DNA of 64,000 nt, from NCBI RefSeq assembly GCF_009914755.1, contig NC_060948.1. The stretch is one strand, 5' to 3'. Within the stretch, counting starts at the first letter, position 1. Each line of letters opens with the position of its first letter. The notes under the pieces were generated by a model. That model ran no database searches and was not told where the DNA came from. It saw only the letters and a list, made by a program, of their open reading frames with translations. Positions 11,601 through 25,900 of this stretch are shown here, one piece after another. Both the position numbers and the translations under genes were made by a program. Origin of the DNA: the human T2T-CHM13v2.0 reference genome, Homo sapiens.

Positions 11601-14600
11601 ATGGAATGGAATCGAATGGAATGGAAGTGAATAGAATCGAACTAAATCGAATGGAATGGAATTGATAGGAACGGAATGGAAAGGAATGCAATGATTTGGC
11701 ATGGAATGGAATCGAATGGCATCGAATGGAATGGAATGGAATGCAATGGAATGGAATGAACTTTAATGGAATGTACTCGAATGGATTCGACTGGAATGGA
11801 ATGTTCTGGAAGTGAATGGACTCCAATGGAATGGATTCAAAAGGAATGGAATCGTACGGAATGGAATCTAATGGAATGGAATTAAATGGAAATGAATCAA
11901 ATTGAATAGCACGGAATTGAATTGAATGGAATGGAATGCAATGGAATCTAATGAAACGGAAAGGAAAGGAATGGAATGGAATGGAATGGGCTGGAATGGA
12001 AAGGAATCGAAACGAATGGAATGGAATCGAACTGAAGAGACTGGAATGGAATGCACTGGAATGGAAGGGAGTGTAATGGAAGGTTCTCGAAAAAAATGGA
12101 ATCGAATGGAATGGAATTGAATGGAACGGAATAGAGTCGAATGGAATTGAATGGAATGGAATGGACTAGAGTGAAATGGAATCGAACCACAAGGAATGGA
12201 GAGGAATAGAATGGTCTCGAATTGAATGGAATCGTATGGAATGGCATCAAACGGAATGGAATGGACAGCCACGGAATGGAATGCACTCGAATGCAATGGA
12301 GTCGAAACTAATGGACTGGAATAGAATGGACTCGACTGGTACGGACTCCAATGGAATGGAATCGAATGGAAGGGAATCGAACGGAATGGACTCGAAGGGA
12401 AAAGACTGCAATGGAAAGGTCTCGAATGGAATGGAAATTAATGGAATGGAATGGAATCGAATGAAATGGAGTCAAAAGGAATGGAATCGAATGGCAAGAA
12501 ATCGAATGTAATGGAATCGCAAGGAATTGATGTGAACGGAACGGAATGGAATGGAATCCAAAGGAATGGAATAGAATGGAATGGAATCGAATGGAAAGGA
12601 CTCGAATGGAAATCACTCGAATAGAATGCAATTTAATAAAATAGGATCAAATGTAATGGAATGGAATGGAAAGGAATCGAAACGAAAGGAATGGAGACAG
12701 ATGGAATGGAATAGAACAGAGAGCAATGGTATAGAATGGAATGGAATCATCTGGAATGGAATTGAATGGAATGGAATAATATGAAATGGAATGGAATGGA
12801 ATGGAATGGAATGCCCTTGAATTAAATGGACTGGAATGGAATGGACTCGAACAGAGTGGAATGGAAAGTGTTGAGATAGAATGGAATGGACTCCTTTGGA
12901 ATGGTCTAGTATGCAATGCAATCGACTGGCAGGGAATCAAAAGGAATGTAATCGAATGGATTGGACTGGAATGCAATGGACTCGAATAGATTGCAAACGG
13001 GATGCAAAGGAATGGAATGGAATAGTATGGAATGGAATGGAAAGGAATGGAGTGGAATAGACTAGAGTGGAATGGAATGGACTGGAAAGCAATGGACTGG
13101 AATGGAACTTTCTTGAATGGACTGGAATCAAACGGAATGGAATGCAATGCAATCAAATGGCATGGAATAAAATAGAATGAAAGAGAATCAAATGGAATTG
13201 AATCGAATGGAATCGAATGGATTGGAAAGGAATAGAATGGAATGGAATGGAATGGACTCAAATGGAATGGACTAGAATGGAATGGATTCGAATGGAAGGC
13301 AAAGGAATGGAATCTATTGGAATGGACTGTAATGGAATGGAATGGAAGGGATTGGAATGGACTCGAATGGAATGGACTGCAATAGAAAGGATTCGAATGG
13401 AATGAAAAAGAATTGAATGGAATAGAACAGAATGGAATCAAATCGAATGAAATGGAATGGAATAGAAAGGAATGGAATGAAATGGAATGGAAAGGATTCG
13501 AATGGAATGCAATCGAATGGAATGGAATCGAACGGAATGGAATAAAATGGAAGAAAACTGGCAAGAAATGGAATCGAAATGAATGGAGTGTTATGGAACG
13601 GACTCAAAAGGAATTGAATGTAATAGAATGGAGTGGAGTGGACTCGAATATAATGGACTGGAATGGAATGAAATCACATGGAATGGGAACGAATGGAATG
13701 GAATGGAAAGGAATGGAATCGAATGGAAAGGAATCGAATGGAAGGGAATGAAATTGAATCAACAGGAATGGAAGGGAATAGAATAGACGGTAATGGAATG
13801 GACTCGAATAGAATGGACACGAATGCTCAAATTGAATGGACTCGAATGGAATGGAAACGAAAGGAATGTCATCGAATGGAATTGAATCGATTGGAATGAA
13901 ATCGCATAGAATGGAGGGGAATCAAATGGAATTGAATCGAAAGGAAAGGAAGCGAATGGACTGAAATGAAATGGAATGGAATTGAATGGAAAGTAATGTA
14001 ATGGAATAGAATGGAATGAAATTTCACGGAATGGAATCAAACTGAATGGAATCAAATCAATGGAATCAAATCAAATGGAATGGAAAGGAATTGAATGGAG
14101 TAGATTGGATTCGATGGGATTGGAATGAAATGTACTGGAAAGGACTCGAATTTCATGAAACGGAATGGAATGAATTGGAACGGAATGGACTCGAATGGAA
14201 TGGAATGTCATGGAATGGCATCAAATGGAATGGCATCAAATGGAATGGAATCAAATGCAATGGAATGCTATGGAATGGAATGGAATGCATTGGAATGGAA
14301 TGTCCTCTAATGGAATGGATTCGAGTGGAATGGAATCGAATATAATGGAGTCGAATGAAATGGAATTGAAAGGAATGGGATCGAATACAATGGAATATAC
14401 TGGAATGTAATGTAATGAACTCGAATGTAATTGACTGGAATGGAATGTACATGAATGGAAGGTAATCGAATGGAAAGTAATCCAATGGAATAGAATCTAA
14501 TGCAATAAAACCGACTCAGATAGAGTAGAATGTAATGGAATGGAGTGCAGTGCAATGGAATGGAATGGAATTGAATGCAATGGAATGGAATGGAATGGAA

Positions 14601-17600
14601 TGGAATGGAATGGAATGGAATGGAATGGAATGGGATGGAATGGTATGGAATGGATAGAAATGGACTGGAGTGAAATGGACTGGAAAGGAATGGACTCAAA
14701 TTGAAAGGGCTCGAAAGGAATGGAGTCAAATGGAATGGTCTGGAATGGAATGAACACGAATGTAATGCAATCCAATAGAATGGAATCGAATGGCATGGAA
14801 TATAAAGAAATGGATTCGAAGAGAATGGAAACAAATGGAATGGAATTGAATGGAATGGAATTGAATGGAATGGGAACGAATGGAGTGAAATTGTATGCAG
14901 TAGAAGGGAATAGAAAGGAATGCAAGCGAAAGGAAAGGAATGGATTGGAATGGAATGGAATTCATTGGAATGGAAGGGAATGTAGTGTAATGGACAGGCC
15001 TGGAATAAAGTGGAATGCTACGGTCTCGAATGGAATAAAAATGTATGGAATGGAATGCAATGAAATGGAATCGAATGTCATAGAATGTAATGGAATGCAA
15101 CAAAATGGAATCCAATATCATTGACTGGAAAGGCTGGGTGTCGAAAGGAATTGACTCCAATGGAATGGAATCGAATGGAATGGAAGTGAATAGAATCGAA
15201 CTAAATCGAATGGAATGGAATTGATAGGAATGGAATGGAAAGGAATGCAATGATTTGGCATGGAATGGAATCGAATGGCATCGAATGGAATGGAATGGAA
15301 TGCAATGGAATGGAATGAACTTTAATGGAATGTACTCGAATGGATTCGACTGGAATGGAATGTTCTGGAAGTGAATGGACTCCAATGGAATGGATTCAAA
15401 AGGAATGGAATCGTACGGAATGGAATCTAATGGAATGGAATTAAATGGAAATGAATCAAATTGAATAGCACGGAATTGAATTGAATGGAATGGAATGCAA
15501 TGGAATCTAATGAAACGGAAAGGAAAGGAATGGAATGGAATGGAATGGGCTGGAATGGAAAGGAATCGAAACGAATGGAATGGAATCGAACTGAAGAGAC
15601 TGGAATGGAATGCACTGGAATGGAAGGGAGTGTAATGGAAGGTTCTCGAAAAAAATGGAATCGAATGGAATGGAATTGAATGGAACGGAATAGAGTCGAA
15701 TGGAATTGAATGGAATGGAATGGACTAGAGTGAAATGGAATCGAACCACAAGGAATGGAGAGGAATAGAATGGTCTCGAATTGAATGGAATCGTATGGAA
15801 TGGCATCAAACGGAATGGAATGGACAGCCACGGAATGGAATGCACTCGAATGCAATGGAGTCGAAACTAATGGACTGGAATAGAATGGACTCGACTGGTA
15901 CGGACTCCAATGGAATGGAATCGAATGGAAGGGAATCGAACGGAATGGACTCGAAGGGAAAAGACTGCAATGGAAAGGTCTCGAATGGAATGGAAATTAA
16001 TGGAATGGAATGGAATCGAATGAAATGGAGTCAAAAGGAATGGAATCGAATGGCAAGAAATCGAATGTAATGGAATCGCAAGGAATTGATGTGAACGGAA
16101 CGGAATGGAATGGAATCCAAAGGAATGGAATAGAATGGAATGGAATCGAATGGAAAGGACTCGAATGGAAATCACTCGAATAGAATGCAATTTAATAAAA
16201 TAGGATCAAATGTAATGGAATGGAATGGAAAGGAATCGAAACGAAAGGAATGGAGACAGATGGAATGGAATAGAACAGAGAGCAATGGTATAGAATGGAA
16301 TGGAATCATCTGGAATGGAATTGAATGGAATGGAATAATATGAAATGGAATGGAATGGAATGGAATGGAATGCCCTTGAATTAAATGGACTGGAATGGAA
16401 TGGACTCGAACAGAGTGGAATGGAAAGTGTTGAGATAGAATGGAATGGACTCCTTTGGAATGGTCTAGTATGCAATGCAATCGACTGGCAGGGAATCAAA
16501 AGGAATGTAATCGAATGGATTGGACTGGAATGCAATGGACTCGAATAGATTGCAAACGGGATGCAAAGGAATGGAATGGAATAGTATGGAATGGAATGGA
16601 AAGGAATGGAGTGGAATAGACTAGAGTGGAATGGAATGGACTGGAAAGCAATGGACTGGAATGGAACTTTCTTGAATGGACTGGAATCAAACGGAATGGA
16701 ATGCAATGCAATCAAATGGCATGGAATAAAATAGAATGAAAGAGAATCAAATGGAATTGAATCGAATGGAATCGAATGGATTGGAAAGGAATAGAATGGA
16801 ATGGAATGGAATGGACTCAAATGGAATGGACTAGAATGGAATGGATTCGAATGGAAGGCAAAGGAATGGAATCTATTGGAATGGACTGTAATGGAATGGA
16901 ATGGAAGGGATTGGAATGGACTCGAATGGAATGGACTGCAATAGAAAGGATTCGAATGGAATGAAAAAGAATTGAATGGAATAGAACAGAATGGAATCAA
17001 ATCGAATGAAATGGAATGGAATAGAAAGGAATGGAATGAAATGGAATGGAAAGGATTCGAATGGAATGCAATCGAATGGAATGGAATCGAACGGAATGGA
17101 ATAAAATGGAAGAAAACTGGCAAGAAATGGAATCGAAATGAATGGAGTGTTATGGAACGGACTCAAAAGGAATTGAATGTAATAGAATGGAGTGGAGTGG
17201 ACTCGAATATAATGGACTGGAATGGAATGAAATCACATGGAATGGGAACGAATGGAATGGAATGGAAAGGAATGGAATCGAATGGAAAGGAATCGAATGG
17301 AAGGGAATGAAATTGAATCAACAGGAATGGAAGGGAATAGAATAGACGGTAATGGAATGGACTCGAATAGAATGGACACGAATGCTCAAATTGAATGGAC
17401 TCGAATGGAATGGAAACGAAAGGAATGTCATCGAATGGAATTGAATCGATTGGAATGAAATCGCATAGAATGGAGTGGAATCAAATGGAATTGAATCGAA
17501 AGGAAAGGAAGCGAATGGACTGAAATGAAATGGAATGGAATTGAATGGAAAGTAATGCAATGGAATAGAATGGAACGAAATTTCACGGAATGGAATCAAA

Positions 17601-19945
17601 CTGAATGGAATCAAATCAATGGAATCTAATCAAATGGAATGGAAAGGAATTGAATGGAGTAGATTGGATTGGATGGGATTGGAATGAAATGTACTGGAAA
17701 GGACTCGAATTTCATGAAACGGAATGGAATGAATTGGAACGGAATGGACTCGAATGGAATGGAATGTCATGGAATGGCATCAAATGGAATGGCATCAAAT
17801 GGAATGGAATCGAATGCAATGGAATGCTATGGAATGGAATGGAATGCATTGGAATGGAATGTCCTCTAATGGAATGGATTCGAGTGGAATGGAATCGAAT
17901 ATAATGGAGTCGAATGAAATGGAATTGAAAGGAATGGGATCGAATACAATGGAATATACTGGAATGTAATGTAATGAACTCGAATGTAATTGACTGGAAT
18001 GGAATGTACATGAATGGAATGTAATCGAATGGAAAGTAATCCAATGGAATAGAATCTAATGCAATAAAATCGACTCAGATAGAGTAGCATGTAATGGAAT
18101 GGAGTGCAGTGCAATGGAATGGAATGGAATGGAATGCAATGGAATGGAATGGAATGGAATGGAATGGAATGGAATGGAATGGAATGGAATGGGATGGAAT
18201 GGTATGGAATGGATAGTTATGGACTGGAGTGAAATGGACTGGAAAGGAATGGACTCAAATTGAAAGGGCTCGAAAGGAATGGAGTCAAATGGAATGGTCT
18301 GGAATGGAATGAACACGAATGTAATGCAATCCAATAGAATGGAATCGAATGGCATGGAATATAAAGAAATGGAATCGGAGAGAATGGAAACAAATGGAAT
18401 GGAATTGAATGGAATGGAATTGAATGGAATGGGAACGAATGGAGTGAAATTTTATGCAGTAGAAGGGAATAGAATGGAATGCAAGCAAAAGGAAAGGAAT
18501 GGATTGGAATGGAATGGAATTCATTGGAATGGAAGGGAATGTAGTGTAATGGACAGGCCTGGAATAAAGTGGAATGCTACGGTCTCGAATGGAATAAAAA
18601 TGTATGGAATGGAATGCAATGAAACGGAATCGAATGTCATAGAATGTAATGGAATGCAACAAAATGGAATCCAATATCATTGACTGGAAAGGCTGGGTGT
18701 CGAAAGGAATTGACTCCAATGGAATGGAATCGAATGGAATGGAAGTGAATAGAATCGAACTAAATCGAATGGAATGGAATTGATAGGAACGGAATGGAAA
18801 GGAATGCAATGATTTGGCATGGAATGGAATCGAATGGCATCGAATGGAATGGAATGGAATGCAATGGAATGGAATGTATTAGAATGGAATGAACTTTAAT
18901 GGAATGTACTCGAATGGATTCGACTGGAATGGAATGTTCTGGAAGTGAATGGACTCCAATGGAATGGATTCCAAAGGAATGGAATCGTACGGAATGGAAT
19001 CTAATGGAATGGAATTAAATGGAAATGAATCAAATTGAATAGCACGGAATTGAATTGAATGGAATGGAATGCAATGGAATCTAATGAAACGGAAAGGAAA
19101 GGAATGGAATGGAATGGAATGGGCTGGAATGGAAAGGAATCGAAACGAATGGAATGGAATCGAACTGAAGAGACTGGAATGGAATGCACTGGAATGGAAG
19201 GGAGTGTAATGGAAGGTTCTCGAAAAAAATGGAATCGAATGGAATGGAATTGAATGGAACGGAATAGAGTCGAATGGAATTGAATGGAATGGAATGGACT
19301 AGAGTGAAATGGAATCGAACCACAAGGAATGGACAGGAATAGAATGGTCTCGAATTGAATGGAATCGTATGGAATGGCATCAAACGGAATGGAATGGACA
19401 GCCACGGAATGGAATGCACTCGAATGCAATGGAGTCGAAACTAATGGACTGGAATAGAATGGACTCGACTGGTACGGACTCCAATGGAATGGATTCGAAT
19501 GGAAGGGAATCGAACGGAATGGACTCGAAGGGAAAAGACTGCAATGGAAAGGTCTCGAATGGAATGGAAATTAATGGAATGGAATGGAATCGAATGAAAT
19601 GGAGTCAAAAGGAATGGAATCGAATGGCAAGAAATCGAATGTAATGGAATCGCAAGGAATTGATGTGAACGGAACGGAATGGAATGGAATCCAAAGGAAT
19701 GGAATAGAATGGAATGGAATCGAATGGAAAGGACTCGAATGGAAATCACTCGAATAGAATGCAATTTAATAAAATAGGATCAAATGTAATGGAATGGAAT
19801 GGAAAGGAATCGAAACGAAAGGAATGGAGACAGATGGAATGGAATGGAACAGAGAGCAATGGTATAGAATGGAATGGAATCATCTGGAATGGAATTGAAT
19901 GGAATGGAATAATATGAAATGGAATGGAATGGAATGGAATGGAAT
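5685..19945. repeat. DYZ1 units U3-U6 (3569, 3559, 3559, 3574 bp)
   Basis: Anchors at 5685, 9254, 12813, 16372. U3-U5 share a 15-bp deletion at ~8199, 11758 and 15317. Confidence 0.92.
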
Positions 19946-22900
19946 GCCCTTGAATTAAATGGACTGGAATGGAATGGACTCGAACAGAGTGGAATGGAAA
20001 GTGTTGAGATAGAATGGAATGGACTCCTTTGGAATGGTGTAGTATGCAATGCAATCGACTGGCAGGGAATCAAAAGGAATGTAATCGAATGGAATGGACT
20101 GGAATGCAATGGACTCGAATAGATTGGAAACGGAATGCAAAGGAATGGAATGGAATAGTATGGAATGGAATGGAAAGGAATGGAGTGGAATAGACTAGAG
20201 TGGAATGGAATGGACTGGAAAGCAATGGACTGGAATGGAACTTTCTTGAATGGACTGGAATCAAACGGAATGGAATGCAATGCAATCAAATGGCATGGAA
20301 TAAATTAGAATGAAGAAAATGAAATGGAATTGAATCGAATGGAATCGAATGGATTGGAAAGGAATAGAATGGAATGGAATGGAATTGACTCAAATGGAAT
20401 GGACTAGAATGGAATGGATTCGAATGGAAGGCAAAGGAATGGAATCTATTGGAATGGACTGTAATGGAATGGAATGGAAGGGATTGGAATGGACTCGAAT
20501 GGAATGGACTGCAATAGAAAGGATTCGAATGGAATGAAAAAGAATTGAATGGAATAGAACAGAATGGAATCAAATCGAATGAAATGGAATGGAATAGAAA
20601 GGAATGGAATGAAATGGAATGGAAAGGATTCGAATGGAATGCAATCGAATGGAATGGAATCGAACGGAATGGAATAAAATGGAAGAAAACTGGCAAGAAA
20701 TGGAATCGAAATGAATGGAGTGTTATGGAACGGACTCAAAAGGAATTGAATGTAATAGAATGGAGTGGAGTGGACTCGAATATAATGGACTGGAATGGAA
20801 TGAAATCACATGGAATGGGAACGAATGGAATGGAAAGGAATGGAATCGAATGGAAAGGAATCGAATGGAAGGGAATGAAATTGAATCAACAGGAATGGAA
20901 GGGAATAGAATAGACGGTAATGGAATGGACTCGAATAGAATGGACACGAATGCTCAAATTGAATGGACTCGAATGGAATGGAAACGAAAGGAATGTCATC
21001 GAATGGAATTGAATCGATTGGAATGAAATCGCATAGAATGGAGTGGAATCAAATGGAATTGAATCGAAAGGAAAGGAAGCGAATGGACTGAAACGAAATG
21101 GAATGGAATTGAATGGAAAGTAATGCAATGGAATAGAATGGAACGAAATTTCACGGAATGGAATCAAACTGAATGGAATCAAATCAATGGAATCAAATCA
21201 AATGGAACGGAAAGGAATTGAATGGAGTAGATTGGATTGGATGGGATTGGAATGAAATGTACTGGAAAGGACTCGAATTTCATGAAATGGAATGGAATGA
21301 ATTGGAACGGAATGGACTCGAATGGAATGGAATGTCATGGAATGGCATCAAATGGAATGGCATCAAATGGAATGGAATCGAATGCAATGGAATGCTATGG
21401 AATGGAATGGAATGCATTGGAATGGAATGTCCTCTAATGGAATGGATTCGAGTGGAATGGAATCGAATATAATGGAGTCGAATGAAATGGAATTGAAAGG
21501 AATGGGATCGAATAGAATGGAATATACTGGAATGTAATGTAATGAACTCGAATGTAATTGACTGGAATGGAATGTACATGAATGGAATGTAATCGAATGG
21601 AAAGTAATCCAATGGAATAGAATCTAATGCAATAAAACCGACTCAGATAGAGTAGAATGTAATGGAATGGAGTGCAGTGCAATGGAAGGGAATGGAATTG
21701 AATGCAATAGAATGGAATGGAATGGAATGGAATGGAATGGAATGGAATGGGATGGAATGGTATGGAATGGATAGTAATGGACTGGAGTGAAATGGACTGG
21801 AAAGGAATGGACTCAAATTGAAAGGGCTCGAAAGGAATGGAGTCAAATGGAATGGTCTGGAATGGAATGAACACGAATGTAATGCAATCCAATAGAATGG
21901 AATCGAATGGCATGGAATATAAAGAAATGGAATCGAAGAGAATGGAAACAAATGGAATGGAAGTGAGTGGAATGGAATTGAATGGAATGGGAACGAATGG
22001 AGTGAAATTGTATGCAGTAGAAGAGAATAGAATGGAATGCAAGCGAAAGGAAAGGAATGGATTGGAATGGAATGGAATTCATTGGAATGGAAGGGAATGT
22101 AGTGTAATGGACAGGCCTGGAATAAAGTGGAATGCTACGGTCTCGAATGGAATAAAAATGTATGGAATGGAATGCAATGAAACGGAATCGAATGTCATAG
22201 AATGTAATGGAATGCAAAAAAATGGAATCCAAAATCATTGACTGGAAAGGCTGGGTGTCAAAAGGAATTGACTCCAATGGAATGGAATCGAATGGAATGG
22301 AAGTGAATAGAATCGAACTAAATCGAATGGAATGGAATTGATAGGAACGGAATGGAAAGGAATGCAATGATTTGGCACGGAATGGAATCGAATGGCATCG
22401 AATGGAATGGAATGGAATGCAATGGAATGGAACGTATTAGAATGTAATGAACTTTAATGGAATGTACTCGAATGGATTCGACTGGAATGGAATGTTGTGG
22501 AAGTGAATGGACTCCAATGGAATGGATTCAAAAGGAATGGAATCGTACGGAATGGAATCTAATGGAATGGAATTAAATGGAAATGAATCAAATTGAATAG
22601 CATGGAATTGAATTGAATGGAATCGAATGCAATGGAATCTAATGAAACGGAAAGGAAAGGAATGGAATGGAATGGAATGGGCTGGAATGGAAAGGAATCG
22701 AAACGAATGGAATGGAATCGAACTGAAGAGACTGGAATGGAATGCACTGGAATGGAAGGGAGTGTAATGGAAGGTTCTCGAAAAAAATGGAATCGAATGG
22801 AATGGAATTGAATGGAACGGAATAGAGTCGAATGGAATTGAATGGAATGGAATGGACTAGAGTGAAATGGAATCGAACCACAAGGAATGGACAGGAATAG

Positions 22901-25900
22901 AATGGTCTCGAATTGAATGGAATCGTATGGAATGGCATCAAACGGAATGGAATGGACAGCCACGGAATGGAATGCACTCGAATGCAATGGAGTCGAAACT
23001 AATGGACTGGAATAGAATGGACTCGACTGGTACGGACTCCAATGGAATGGAATCGAATGGAAGGGAATCGAACGGAATGGACTCGAAGGGAAAAGACTGC
23101 AATGGAAAGGTCTCGAATGGAATGGAAATAAATGGAATGGAATGGAATCGAATGAAATGGAGTCAAAAGGAATGGAATCGAATGGCAAGAAATCGAATGT
23201 AATGGAATCGCAAGGAATTGATGTGAACGGAACGGAATGGAATGGAATCCAAAGGAATGGAATAGAATGGAATGGAATCGAATGGAAAGGACTCGAATGG
23301 AAATCACTCGAATAGAATGCAATTTAATAAAATAGGACCAAATGTAATGGAATGGAATGGAAAGGAATCGAAACGAAAGGAATGGAGACAGATGGAATGG
23401 AATGGAACAGAGAGCAATGGTATAGAGTGGAATGGAATCATCTGGAATGGAATTGAATGGAATGGAATAATATGAAATGGAATGGAATGGAATGGAATGG
23501 AATGCCCTTGAATTAAATGGACTGGAATGGAATGGACTCGAACAGAGTGGAATGGAAAGTGTTGAGATAGAATGGAATGGACTCGTTTGGAATGGTCTAG
23601 TAGGCAATGCAATCGACTGGCAGGGAATCAAAAGGAATGTAATCGAATGGATTGGATTGGAATGCAATGGACTCGAATAGATTGCAAACGGAATGCAAAG
23701 GAATGGAATGGAATAGTATGGAATGGAATGGAAAGGAATGGAGTGGAATAGACTAGAGTGGAATGGAATGGACTGGAAAGAAATGGACTGGAATGGAACT
23801 TTCTTGAATGGACAGGAATCAAACGGAATGGAATGCAATGCAATCAAATGGCATGGAATAAAATAGAATGAAAGAGAATCAAATGGAATTGAATCGAATG
23901 GAATCGAATGGATTGGAAAGGAATAGAATGGAATGGAATGGAATTGACTCAAATGGAATGGACTAGAATGGAATGGATTCGAATGGAAGGCAAAGGAATG
24001 GAATCTATTGGAATGGACTGTAATGGAATGGAATGGAAGGGATTGGAATGGACTCGAATGGAATGGACTGCAATAGAAAGGATTCGAATGGAATGAAAAA
24101 GAATTGAATGGAATAGAACAGAATGGAATCAAATCGAATGAAATGGAATGGAATAGAAAGGAATGGAATGAAATGGAATGGAAAGGATTCGAATGGAATG
24201 CAATCGAATGGAATGGAATCGAACGGAATGGAATAAAATGGAAGAAAACTGGCAAGAAATGGAATCGAAATGAATGGAGTGTTATGGAACGGACTCAAAA
24301 GGAATTGAATGTAATAGAATGGAGTGGAGTGGACTCGAATATAATGGACTGGAATGGAATGAAATCACATGGAATGGGAACGAATGGAATGGAATGGAAA
24401 GGAATGGAATCGAATGGAAAGGAATCGAATAGAAGGGAATGAAATTGAATCAACAGGAATGGAAGGGAATAGAATAGACGGTAATGGAATGGACTCGAAT
24501 TGAATGGACACGAATGCTGAAATTGAATGGACTCGAATGGAATGGAAACGAAAGGAATGTCATCGAATGGAATTGAATCGATTGGAATGAAATCGCATAG
24601 AATGGAGTGGAATCAAATGGAATTGAATCGAAAGGAAAGGAAGCGAATGGACTGAAACGAAATGGAATGGAATTGAATGGAAAGTAATGCAATGGAATAG
24701 AATGGAACGAAATTTCACGGAATGGAATCAAACTGAATGGAATCAAATCAATGGAATCTAATCAAATGGAATGGAAAGGAATTGAATGGAGTAGATTGTA
24801 TTGGATGGGATTGGAATGAAATGTACTGGAAAGGACTCGAATTTCATGAAACGGAATGGAATGAATTGGAACGGAATGGACTCGAATGGAATGGAATGTC
24901 ATGGAATGGCATCAAATGGAATGGCATCAAATGGAATGGAATCGAATGCAATGGAATGCTATGGAATGGAATGGAATGCATTGGAATGGAATGTCCTCTA
25001 ATGGAATGGATTCGAGTGGAATGGAATCGAATATAATGGAGTCGAATGAAATGGAATTGAAAGGAATGGGATCGAATACAATGGAATATACTGGAATGTA
25101 ATGTAATGAACTCGAATGTAATTGACTGGAATGGAATGTACATGAATGGAATGTAATCGAATGGAAAGTAATCCAATGGAATAGAATCTAATGCAATAAA
25201 ATCGACTCAGATAGAGTAGCATGTAATGGAATGGAGTGCAGTGCAATGGAATGGAATGGAATGGAATGCAATGGAATGGAATGGAATGGAATGGAATGGA
25301 ATGGAATGGAATGGAATGGAATGGGATGGAATGGTATGGAATGGATAGTAATGGACTGCAGTGAAATGGACTGGAAAGGAATGGACTCAAATTGAAAGGG
25401 CTCGAAAGGAATGGAGTCAAATGGAATGGTCTGGAATGGAATGAACACGAATGTAATGCAATCCAATAGAATGGAATCGAATGGCATGGAATATAAAGAA
25501 ATGGAATCGGAGAGAATGGAAACAAATGGAATGGAATTGAATGGAATGGAATTGAATGGAATGGGAACGAATGGAGTGAAATTGTATGCAGTAGAAGGGA
25601 ATAGAATGGAATGCAAGCAAAAGGAAAGGAATGGATTGGAATGGAATGGAATTCATTGGAATGGAAGGGAATGTAGTGTAATGGACAGGCCTGGAATAAA
25701 GTGGAATGCTACGGTCTCGAATGGAATAAAAATGTATGGAATGGAATGCAATGAAACGGAATCGAATGTCATAGAATGTAATGGAATGCAACAAAATGGA
25801 ATCCAATATCATTGACTGGAAAGGCTGGGTGTCGAAAGGAATTGACTCCAATGGAATGGAATCGAATGGAATGGAAGTGAATAGAATCGAACTAAATCGA

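Noticed and set aside
22999-24255. Longest ORF, 418 aa on the - strand (also at 30131, 33695, 40827)
   Set aside because: It arises because one substitution (GGATCA>GGACCA, ~23338) removes a stop and fuses two repeat ORFs. The four copies simply follow the 7132 and 10,696 duplications.
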